From the IMG/VR virus record IMGVR_UViG_3300026189_000021, positions 1-31,024 of that record: a stretch of DNA of 31,024 nt; one strand, 5' to 3'. The stretch's first letter is position 1. The number at the start of each line of letters is the position of its first letter. This DNA comes from a virus. Taxonomy: Duplodnaviria > Caudoviricetes. Position numbers and translations under genes: made by a program. Shown here one piece after another: positions 1-11,400 of this stretch. The notes under the pieces are model-generated. The model had not been told where the DNA came from, ran no database searches, and saw only the letters and a program-made list of their open reading frames with translations.

Positions 1-74
1 TCCTTAATTAAAACGTGACCTTCCATTTTAATTTTACCTGTTTCATCTGGCTTTTGTACGTTGTTTTCTGACAT
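1..74 (-). CDS. 5' end of a probable virion structural protein, truncated by the window edge
   Basis: ATG at 74-72 preceded by AGGAAAG. Reads MSENNVQKPDETGKIKMEGHVLIK, open to the edge, co-oriented with the baseplate module. Not in the ORF track. Confidence 0.7.
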   Translation of the reverse strand, partial: MSENNVQKPDETGKIKMEGHVLIK

Positions 75-80
75 AATTCT

Positions 81-143
81 TTCCTATATTACATTATAAT
101 GATATTTATTGTCAACATAAAGTTGGGTTATAATATATTTATA
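81..143 (-). promoter_or_regulatory. Promoter region for the 1..74 gene (late-type boxes plus a TTGACA)
   Basis: Minus strand has TATAAATA (143-136), TTGACA (115-110) and AATAAATA (110-103) in an AT-rich intergenic gap. Confidence 0.55.
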
Positions 144-159
144 ATTCTCCTTATATTCC

Positions 160-2472
160 TTATATTACAGTCGCATTCTGACGTGCTAATAACACCCAAC
201 CAGTAGTCTGATAAAGTAGTGTTACCGTGTCTTCAACATCGTTGAATACTATACTTGTTCCATTTACAAAGTTAGTTGGAGTAACAGTACCGTCACCACC
301 ATCAACTTTCATTGAGATTATTTTAATCTGTCCTTCTGTTCCATCCGCTAGTGTGTAAGCATTTGTACCAGTTGTTGTTAATAATGAGACTGTTTCTGTT
401 AAACTTATTGCACCCGGTCCACTGATGTTCTGTACACCGTGAACAGTTTTATCACCTTTTACCGTTCCTGCTTCTACCGTACCTGCAAACTTTGCCGTGT
501 CGTTTGATTCAGGTGCGTAAATTGAATATCTGTTTGTGGCCGTTCCTGCATCATTTGATGTGTGAGCAATAATTGCCGCTAAATTTGTTACACTCGAACT
601 TGCATCATCGAGACTTGCCAATGCTGTAACACCTGCCATATTTGTTACTGTCAAGTTTCTAGCACCACCGCTGATTTCAGCTCCCATATGTCTTGAAGTT
701 AATCCTGAAACACTTTTAGCTGAGCCACCTGTGTTCTGTAATGATGCCCAATCATATGATCCACCGAGCATTCTAAATAAGCTACCTGGATTATCCTGAC
801 CAAAGTTATAACCATTCATATCAAACAATGTGTCGTATAAGAAACCTTGTTTTCTATAACCTGAATCAACATCTGCGCCAAAACTAATTTTATTACCGTG
901 TGCTTCGTTGTAATGTCTTTTAGTATTGTCAGCACCTGTTGTTTCAAAATAACTTTGAGATTTTTGAATTCTTGCTTGAGTAGTTGCATTCCAATGACCT
1001 GGCGTAGCACCTATATCAAGTTTACCAGATGGTTTTAATAAAAGATCACCCGTCGCTGTAATTGTAAATTGTTTCGCTTTATATTCTGCATTGATAGGAC
1101 CGTATGCTTCAGCATCAGTTATATTTGGACTACCGTTATATCTTCTAACGTTATCATATGCTCTATTTTCGTGTATAATTTTACCTCTAGCATCACCAGA
1201 GAAAATTGTTACTCTCGCTTCAGCATTTTGATCTGCAGATCTATCCATTGTTTTAAACTGCCACATAGATCCATTTTCTTCTGCTGTAACATATGACTGA
1301 TGGAGTCTGTGTGAACTATTAAACAATGCAATATTGAAACAAGAATTACCATTTTGTGCAAAGTGGTATGTGTTTAAGTTTGCACCTGTGTCTACTGACA
1401 CGTTTGCGTTATTAGTATTTTGTAATAGTGTTATACCTGATAAGAAATCACCTTTAATTTTGATATCACTCATATTAACAGCCGCATTAACATCAGTACT
1501 TGTACCATTTGCGTATGCTGTTGAAATTATATCACCAACTGCCGTAGCCGCATTTGAAACAATACTTGCATTTGAAGTTAAGTCAACTGTGATATTTTTG
1601 TCTGTGTAAGTTGCAACTTTTATATTATCAGTTGAACTTGTCAGTGTGTTTGCTTTTAGGTCTGCATTCCAATCAGTACTATCACTTGAGTTCACCCAAG
1701 CACTACCATTGTATTTTAAAACTTGACCATTACTTGCACCTGATATTGTTGTATCAGTTAATCCTGACAATGTTGATGTAGTCAAGTCTGCAATAGTCCA
1801 GTTTGTTCCAGTCCATTTTAAAATTTTGTTTGTCGCTATACCTGTTGTGTCGACATCTGATAATGCATTAATACTTGATGCCGCGATTCTTACATCAGCT
1901 CTTGCATCTGCTCTAGCATTTGTGAAATATAAATTTGTATTTTCAGTTAAGTCATTAGTTGTCTTTGTACCAAACCTTGTATCAAATCTTGCATCAGTAT
2001 AGTAAAGGTTCGTGCCTTCACTTAAATTCGTTGTCGACTTTGTAGCAAGTCTTGTATCAAATCTTGCATCAGTGTAATATTTGTTTGTTGAACCTTCTGG
2101 TAAAAAATCTGTATTACTGAAATTACCAAACTTAATACTTTGTGATGGATGATCATAATACATATGATACTTGTCATCTGAAGCAGTTGGCGTATCAACA
2201 TCTGATAAGTCACCTAATTTTGCTGTGCTAGAAAGATATGCACCTACTCTAGCATTTGTGAAGTACAATCTTGTGCCTTCAGTTAAATCACTTGTAGTAA
2301 AATTAGTTAACTGATTTGCTTTGATTGAATGTCCTAATTCTAAAAAGTTCAAGTCAACTTCTTCGTGTGTTAGTGGTCTATTAACAATGTCAATAGTCGC
2401 ATCTACGTTGGCCTTCAGATTAACAACTGAAGAGCTTGAAGTTGATCGTAATGTAATATTTCCTAGTGCCAT
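160..2472 (-). CDS. Tail fibre / baseplate-attached fibre-like protein (770 aa)
   Basis: N-terminal ITLR...RPLTHEEVDLNF attachment-like motif, four TxxLxEGxxxYY/FTxAR repeats, LSDVDT...LKW/YNG repeats and a beta-rich C-terminus (YTLADGTEGQIKII...GWVLL). Lies directly after the giant wedge gene. Confidence 0.7.
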   Translation of the reverse strand: MALGNITLRSTSSSSVVNLKANVDATIDIVNRPLTHEEVDLNFLELGHSIKANQLTNFTTSDLTEGTRLYFTNARVGAYLSSTAKLGDLSDVDTPTASDDKYHMYYDHPSQSIKFGNFSNTDFLPEGSTNKYYTDARFDTRLATKSTTNLSEGTNLYYTDARFDTRFGTKTTNDLTENTNLYFTNARADARADVRIAASSINALSDVDTTGIATNKILKWTGTNWTIADLTTSTLSGLTDTTISGASNGQVLKYNGSAWVNSSDSTDWNADLKANTLTSSTDNIKVATYTDKNITVDLTSNASIVSNAATAVGDIISTAYANGTSTDVNAAVNMSDIKIKGDFLSGITLLQNTNNANVSVDTGANLNTYHFAQNGNSCFNIALFNSSHRLHQSYVTAEENGSMWQFKTMDRSADQNAEARVTIFSGDARGKIIHENRAYDNVRRYNGSPNITDAEAYGPINAEYKAKQFTITATGDLLLKPSGKLDIGATPGHWNATTQARIQKSQSYFETTGADNTKRHYNEAHGNKISFGADVDSGYRKQGFLYDTLFDMNGYNFGQDNPGSLFRMLGGSYDWASLQNTGGSAKSVSGLTSRHMGAEISGGARNLTVTNMAGVTALASLDDASSSVTNLAAIIAHTSNDAGTATNRYSIYAPESNDTAKFAGTVEAGTVKGDKTVHGVQNISGPGAISLTETVSLLTTTGTNAYTLADGTEGQIKIISMKVDGGDGTVTPTNFVNGTSIVFNDVEDTVTLLYQTTGWVLLARQNATVI
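1900..2300 (-). repeat. Intragenic ~25-aa fibre repeats
   Basis: TSDLTEGTRLYFTNAR, TDFLPEGSTNKYYTDAR, TTNLSEGTNLYYTDAR, TNDLTENTNLYFTNAR. An exact 23-bp direct repeat CTTGTATCAAATCTTGCATCAGT occurs at 1976-1998 and 2051-2073. Confidence 0.85.
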
Positions 2473-2485
2473 AACAATATTTATT
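2473..2485 (-). promoter_or_regulatory. Candidate late promoter overlapping the upstream stop codon
   Basis: Minus strand AATAAATA-TTGTT-ATG, the same 5-nt spacing as TATAAATA-TTAGT-ATG at 26529-26514. Confidence 0.45.
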
Positions 2486-5400
2486 CCTCATTAAAGTACC
2501 CAGTTTTATCACCTGATGGAGTAACATATCCTGGTTGTACGTATGTTGTATTGTGTAAGTTGAAGTTACTTATACCACCATTTCTGATGAATACAGCTTG
2601 TTCTGTAGGATCTAATTGTGATAAATCCCATTCCAACGTATCACTAGCACTCCAACCAACTGAATCCCAACCAGCTTCAACTGATTTGAATATCAATTGT
2701 GTTCCTGCTGGATCAAAAGCTGACCATCTAGCAGATGCTTCAGCATTTGGTATATCGTGCTGTGAACTTGCAGAGTGAATAACTTCACTTGTAGTGTGAT
2801 TTGTAATAGGTGTACCTAAAACACCTCTACGTATTTTCTTTAAGGTATTACCACTTACTTCACTGAATTCTATTAGCTCGTCTCCAATCCAAATATATCC
2901 AGGATTATTATCACTAACTGATCCTGTTATAATTGTAGGTATAGTACCAAGAGCTGGTGTAGTAGGGTTACCACTTGAATCGTAATTTGTATCTGGATCA
3001 GGAACACTAACAGCATCATATAATACATCAGCATTAGCAACTGTAATTTCATTTACAGTTAAATCAATGTTAGATGTTAAAGCTGTTTCACAAACTTTTG
3101 GTAATCTTTTAAATGATGCTTTGTTATCACTACCGTAGAATATTCTAAACGCATATTGATCACCATAGCCCATTGTTTCTGTTGTATCTCCGTCACTGTC
3201 TAAATCTTTTGTATCCGCCGCCGTTTCTTGATAATTGATAACTGTAATTTTTAATGTTTCTTTCATTTTCATCAAGAATTGTTCTTCTGGTCTATCTTCT
3301 TGCATTGGTCTTAAGAATCCACCACCATCGAATTTAGTTACAACTAAATTCCATTTGCCTGCCGCATAATCAGTTGCAAAGTTTGATGTACTTGTATGTT
3401 CTGAAGCCGCAAAGTAAACGTACTCATCAATTAGATCCCATCTAGAAAACTGCATTCCAGATTCCCCTGAAAGATTTTTATGTTGTACGTTACATCTATA
3501 AAGTTTGTTTTGATATTGTACAACATCTTTAACTTTGTATTCTGTTATAGCACTCCAACTAGGGAAGTGGCTTATATCGTTAAACTTAACAAAGTTATTT
3601 GTTGTAATCTGATCATTGCCATCTATAGATATCTTTGGCGTATAATCTGTGCTTGGTGTCCAATACAATGATGTCTGGAATAATGTATTAAAGAAATCTT
3701 GTACGGCATCTTCGTCCCACTTCAGTGAAGTATCAAAATCAGAAATATCAAAACCTAAGCTTTCGACTGTTTCATCATCTGCATAACTTGATATATTGAA
3801 GTCTGTTGCAGTAGCAAATCCATCTGATATCATTGAGTTGAAGTCAATATCTCTAAATGGAGATAATTTAACTCTTAATTTTCTCATAAACTCAGATACT
3901 TGATCAGTTGAATCTACATCAAGTGCCGCTAGTTCATTTGCAAAATGATATTTTGCAATTCTTTCAATTGCACTATTAGTTGAACCAAAAGTCAAATCAC
4001 CAGCACCACCATCTTTCTGAATGTTCGCACTTGTTTTCTTTTTCTTCAATTCAACTAACTGAGTTCTATCATCACTGAATACTTGTACTATTTTTGAAGT
4101 ATATGTACCAGTAGTTTCATCAAAACTTGTATACGTATCACCATCTGGATGATTTTCAGTAACCAATTCAATCTGTTTACTAATTCTATCAAACACTAAA
4201 GTTTCTTTACTCACTCTACTTTCAACAATATTAACATTTGCATTTTCAGTTGGTGTTTGCTTTTTACTAGTGTAATTAATTAATTTAGAATGATATGGTT
4301 TAGCTTCATTAATGTAATCCTTAACATAATTAAATGTGTCAGGTGCATATGAAACTGATTGTTGTAAAGATAAATCTTTTTGAACAGCATCAAAATATGT
4401 TGTCTTGATAATCCAATCGATGTTATCTTGCTCTTCAAAAATAAAGTTAACTGCCGCAAACAATAATTTGTTTAAGAAACTTTTTTGTGAACCTAAGAAT
4501 AGATATGTGTATAAAACATTCATCCATTCTCTTACACCTGTTGAAATATCATCTGTAGTTGTCCAGAATTTATTATTTAATTGTGCAGTTGAAGTATTAC
4601 TACTAATTCTTACAAGCTCAGGATTGTCAGCTTTGCCTGTAAATGTTCTTACAGTAGTGTCTGTTGTTGTAGTAGTTGCTGTCGTGCCTGAGTAAGAAGA
4701 ATATGTACCTGTTGTTGTTGTAGCTGTACTAGAAGTACTATCAACATTTGCAGTGGCAACAGGAGCCTGTCCGTTTAATACTACATCTCTATCACCATAA
4801 ACATAAATTGCTGACTTACTATTGTAATCATAATTTACTTTGATTACTTCATAATCTGTTAAAGTAGAAGTATCAATATTTGCTTTGTAATCGACTGTTC
4901 TGTCTACAATTATACTGTCATCATAACCACTTACAAAGAAGTTTGATTTGTCATATAACGTTTTATCAGTTAATGTATTTTCCCACTCTGGGTAATCTAC
5001 ATCAAGGTTAGTTGATTTCAATATATTGTTTAGAGTATATGCAAATATTCTTCTAGCTTCTTTAATATCTTTGAACCAGGTCTGTCTTGGTCTTACATTG
5101 TTACCGTACTGTGAATACTTACTTAATATTGTTGTATCTGGTACAGCTTTTCCTGCCGCATCTTTTCCAGAAATTGAATCAGTAAATTTATTCCAAATCT
5201 TTTTATCAACAACAGTATCAGGATCATCTTCTTTGATCATTAGCCATTGTTTATGTACAGGAGCGTCTTTATCAATTTTTCTATAGTTCAATCTAAACAC
5301 CGAATCGTTAGTAATATGTTTTGTGGCATTAGAAATAGCTAAAGATGATGTTGATATAGGAGCATACCAGTTAATACCATAAGATGTAGGATTTTTAATT

Positions 5401-8400
5401 AGTCTGCTTATCTGTGTAGTTGACAGTGATCTATATTTAGAATCAGCTACCGTTGTTTTATTTTTTACCCAGAAGTAATATCTTGTTGAAACAAAACCAT
5501 CTTTGCTTGTTTTACTGATTGTACAATAGTTTGTAGTATTAGATACTGTACCATCGCCTGAGTATGATGAAGGTAACTCTGAACTTTCTGTCCATTCATA
5601 GATGTCAACAGTTGAACCTGGGAATAATTTACCCCAGTTATTTTGACGATACTCATCACTGAAATTTTCGTATTCTATATATCTAAGAGTTGATGTATCC
5701 CACCAAGTTAAACCAACGTGATCAGCGTCCCACGGAGAATTTATACTTACTCTATTTGTACTAGAATGATTAGTATATACAGCTGGATCTGATTGTGTAA
5801 TATAATTGATTTCTCTTTGAGCATTACCAGGTATTAAATTTTTTACTGGATCGATGACTTCAAACGGTACTTCGCTAGTATAATCGTTTGTATCAATTAA
5901 TGTTAATTTAGATTGAGAAAACAGTTTAGTATTAACTTGTGAATTCTTTTTATTAGTTCTTACAGAACTATCATAAATTGATTGTCTAATACTTGCATTT
6001 GGTTGATCGTAATCAACATCAGAATGTATGATCCAATAATTAGAACCAATTTTAATACTACCAATATCATCACCAACAGATGTTATAACTGCCGCTGTAA
6101 TACTGTATGCTGTTGAATGTCTATCTGCAGGATTCAAATAACTTGATCCGCTTGGATTGTTTGGATCATCTGCGTGTGGTGTAACTGTTACAGTAGGAGT
6201 AGCTTGATAATTATTACCACCTGCTGTTAAAGTCAGACCATTTATCGCGGCAAGATTACCACGTGCATTAGTTAAGTAAGTTCCTAAACCACCACTTGTT
6301 GAACCAGTAAGGTTATAATTATTATTTTTGTTTAAATCAAATGCAATACCATTTAAGTCTTTTAGTGTTACAGTAGTTTGTCCTGTAACTCCAGCAACCA
6401 CTGTACCTGATGCACCTGTTGTAGCTTGAGTTATAGTTTCTCCTGTAACTACTGTAATTGCAGAATTAGTATTCAATATTAAGTCAATTTTTGCTGTTGC
6501 TGTTGCACCCGAACCTGTGTCATCACCATTTCGTGGTGTAATTGTAACAGTTGGTGCTAACAAGTAACCTTGTCCAACATTGTCTACTGTTAAACTTGTT
6601 ACTGGACCTTTTGAAGCAACTCCTTTGTTAAATGATAAATCATCGTGACGTGCTCTAATAGTTGCATTAGAAGTCATTCTCATTGTGTACCAATAAGTGT
6701 CGCCACCGTTATCTAACCAAATCTTATCACCATCAACGAATGTTATATCTGAAGATACATTTGAAACAAAATCTTTAACGGTTGCTTTTAGATCAGCACC
6801 TATATTTGATGTATCAATTCCTGCATTTCTAGTTGCCAATCTAACATCTTTATATGTGTAAAGTGGATGTTTATTCGTACCATCGAAATATGTACTTGAA
6901 TATGCTGAAACAACAGTTGGTGCCGCTACACCATTCTCTGGCAAGTCAAATACATTGTAAATTGCTTTCTTATAATTTACAGAAATTTTTGCAGTACCAG
7001 TAGTTGATCCTGTTGTTGCGAATCTAATTCTTAATGTAGCATTTGCTCTATCCGTAATTGGAGTCCCAAATGATGTTACCACAGCATTAGTTGATAAACT
7101 TTGATTTGAAATTAAACTTGCTGGGTTAGATGTTGTACCAATATCAAATTGTGGATTCGATCCATCAAATGTGTCATTGATTACAATTTGTACATTAGCT
7201 ATTGAATCTGGTTTGATCAATTGATCAGTGAAGTCAATAAATTTATTATCGCTATCTGTGATTGTGTCTTTAACTGTGATACCGATTGTTGGATTGACTG
7301 TAAATTCTTTTCTATAACCAAAGCTACCATTCTCAACATAAGCTTTATCAATAACTCCACCTGTCGCACTAACAACACCTGTTGCTGGACTTGAACCTTC
7401 TACAGCTATCGATGGTGCTACATAATTTGTACCACCGTTATTAATTGCTAAACTTAATATTGCACCAAATGTACTATCTCCGTATGCTGATCCGGATCTT
7501 GCTGTGACCGTGTGCGATCCAGTTGTACTTGCACCTGATGATCCACCTGATATTTGGTTTGTGTTATCAAAATTATTTACAACATCATATACGTGCAAAA
7601 TTGTGTTTGTACCATCTGTGTATACATTTATTACTTTAGCAGTTGCACTTGTATTTGCCTGTGTTATTGTTTCACCAAATGTAAATGGTGTACTTGCACT
7701 TGTTAATGTTGTATTAATTTGGTAAGTTGGATTATTACCTTTGAATCTAATAACAGCACCACTACCAGCTGAATCTGTTCCTCCAGTTTTAATTGATACA
7801 TTTCCTGGTTCACCATAGAAACCACCTCCTGGATTTGTTAATGTAATTGCTGTGATACCTCCACTACCATTGATTGTTGCAACTTCACCTGATGCAGATG
7901 ATCCACCATTACCTTCTGCTTCAATCGTATCACCAACTGAGTATCCTGATCCTGCTGTTGTTACAACCATCGATGATACTCCGTCAGCAACATTAGCCAC
8001 TGAAATATTAGCATTAGCACCACCAAAGTCTGTGAAGTAAATTGTTTTCTCAATCATCTGATCAGATAATGATAATTGGAAAGTTTTTGTTCCGTATGTA
8101 GTTGTTGTAATTGTACTTGCATTTGCACTTTTATAATCTGGCAAGACAGCATCAACAGTACTATTTGCAGTCGTCACTAATTTTCCAGCAGTCTCGTTCA
8201 TTGCTACTGTTAATGGATTAGTTGTAATTACGTTTTCAATTCCGTGATTTGTATCAGTTAATCTATATACATTCCAATCGCCGTTGTCATCTTTGGCTAC
8301 CCAATTTGTTGAGCCTAGTTCAACTTCAACATTACTTGCAACTGTATTACCATACTGTGATTTTAAATCTGCTTTTGTCAATGCTTGATAGTTTGTATCA

Positions 8401-11400
8401 TTGATGTGTACATAACCAGCTGTTGGTAAATCAAATGATTCAGATCTAGTAGGCCAAATTTCAGTTGATAGTTTTGAACCTGTTGGCTTCTTAGTCCAAT
8501 TTTTACTGTCATCTGCATCGATAGTAATAATATCATCTGTGTCAACATCAGTAGTAACTACATTATCTATTCTTGGTAAGAACTTAACTATCTGTGGATT
8601 AGTTCTAATCTTAGCAGGGTCTAATCTGAATTCCATAGACTGATTAATTTCAGTACCACCGAACTCACCAACTTTGAATGCATAGTATTCATATAAATTA
8701 ATTTCTTGTCTTTCACTAATTACATCAGTTCTTAAAATTTTATCAACGGCATTTCTTGTACCTTTCTGTCTAACAAAACCTTGATAGAATCTAGTTTGGC
8801 TTTCATCAACAATTTCTAAGTTTTCTAAACTTTCTCTATTTTGGAAACCAATTGTACGTAAACCTGCTTTGTTTAATTCTTCGTTATTAGTTGTTTTATC
8901 AATGTCAAGATATGTTGTAACATCACTAGCTGAAGTTTCAAAGTTTGATATAATACCTCTTTGAGTGTCAATCAAGTATCCATTAGCTTCTAGCTTACCA
9001 TTCCAGTCAGTTGTTCTTAACAATGTCTGTTTTAATCTTGGCTGTCTAATTGCTAGTGCTGGATCATAAATTACGTCTTTAAAAGTTGTTACATTATCAA
9101 ATACTGTTACGTGTTCAATTTCTCTTGCATATAAATTTACAAAATAGATTGGTCTGTTTTCATCTGACGTAATTTGTATTGACGCACCATCACGTATAAC
9201 AGTTGTAGTGCTCGGATCAATTGGTTTTCCATTCTTATCTAAAATTGAGTAAGAGCTACCAATGATATCTTCAACACTTGCAACGATACCGTTTAAAGGT
9301 CTGAACTTAACTTTGTTTGCCGCTGGCGATAATGATATAATACTTTCAGGTGGCCATTCACCTAAGCTCCAGAATAAAAATTCTTTTGCAGAGTATAACC
9401 AATTATATGTTTCTTGTATTTTGTTATTGATTGTATCAAATATCCAACCTTGTGATTCTAAATATCTACCATAGTTAACTATAAAATCAAAAACTTCTTG
9501 TGCCGTTGTAAATTCTTTTCCATATTCTACATCTACAGTTTCATTTTCTTTGATTGCTCTGTAGTACATTACACTAGCACCACCTTCCATTGGTGGTTCT
9601 TTAACTGACTGGAATTTAGTTGGATCAAAAGAATCTCCACTCACGTGTGCTTCTGTAACTTTATAATATGCACCTTCATATAGAATATATTCCCCAACTA
9701 ACAAACTTCTGTTTGGTTGATAGTAAGGTATGTCAAGATATTTTCCACCAACTTGTATAGGTGCTTTAGGACCTGTTTCTAAACTTACTGTAGTTCTAAA
9801 ATAATTTTTACCAATGTCATAGCCGTGTACTGCCCAACCTCTAATAGTTTTTTCAATTATAATAGCCGAGTATGTTGCATTTTGTACCGAAGGAGAAATA
9901 TGTAACAGATGGTTAATATTTGTATCAGGTATGTATATGCTTGTTCTTTTTGACGTTGGTGAATAAGCTTCAGCCTGTGCTTTATAAGAACCAAAGTCAA
10001 TAAACGCACCTTGTTTGTGTGCTAACTGTGGAGTAATATTTCTTACCACACCACCATATAATGTTTCTAATTTTTTATTCTGATTAACTAATCTTTCACT
10101 GATATATTGCTGATAACCTGTACCAACTGCAATAGATGTGTTAGCAGTTTCTCTATGTACAAACACATTATTGGTATGACGTTTACCTGTGTTTTTATCA
10201 AATTTTTGTAATTTGTTTACATTACTATTATCAATGTTTAAGGTATCAAACATCAGCTCAGCAAACTCAGTTGGCTTCATTACAAATAAAGCTGACATCA
10301 AAGCAAATGGCATAGCACTACTGATATAGAAGGCCTTCTCTGCCGGCGCAATATCTCCTATTGCCCAATTTAAATGTCCTTCTACTCTGTCTGGATCTTT
10401 AACACACAATCCAATATCTTTTGGACTCTGTAAGTCACCTTGGAAGTTCACTGGTGGGTAAGATGAAAAGCCATCTCTTCTGTATATGTTTGATCTACTC
10501 GTATATGATAAATCTTTAAAGTTTTCTCTATTACCAAAACGTATAATACCATTTTCAATATCAGCTAACAATTTATCTCTTTTATCTGGCTGAGTCCAAG
10601 AATATGTGCTATCCCACCAAGTTGGTTTCATACTAAAACCTAACATTTCCCAAGGGTGGCTGTGTGGTCTATCCGTACCATAGAATTTTTTGTAGATGCC
10701 TCGCCAGTGACCAGGAGTAACTGTGTCTTTTATATTTCTAATCGCTGACCAGTTCCAAGTTCTCCAATCTGTGTCGCTTACAAGTAATGGATCGTTAGTT
10801 TGCCAATCGACATTATTAAATGTCATCCAACGATATACGTGTGATCTAAATATTTGATTGTATTCTAAATATGAATAATCTTTTACGTTGAAATAGTTAC
10901 TAACCACTTTCTCATATGATAAAGGTGCTTCGTAATCTGGATCAATAAATTTATTTGAGATATCATTGAAAATTCTTTTTTCAAGTTCTAATAAAGCTCT
11001 ATCTCTGTCATCTAAAAATTTTGCATTTAAAGATCCATCGTGTCCTTGTATAAAAGTTTGTGGACCTTTATTATACGAATCTACATCTATTACTTCACCT
11101 GGAACATAACATTGGTATAAACCAAGTTTTGATGGCGTAGGTGGAATAAACACAGGTTGCTTTTTATCAAAGAACTCTATTCTGACTACATCATTTACTT
11201 CTGGTTTATTAGCACCAACGAACACAATTCTATTATCTGTTGCATTAGTAATAACATAATCTTGATTCATTACTAAAAGCTTGTCATTGTTGTAAACATA
11301 TAAAGATTTTGAATCTTTATCATTTACAGGACTAAATGCGTATGTTGTTATTAATCCACCAGCTGATGAATCGGTTAGTTCACTTTGGTAACTTTGAGTT

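Noticed and set aside
1900-2300. Spaced direct repeats as a CRISPR array or DGR repeat pair
   Set aside because: Only two exact copies, in frame at 75 nt and encoding fibre repeats. No cas or reverse transcriptase in the window.
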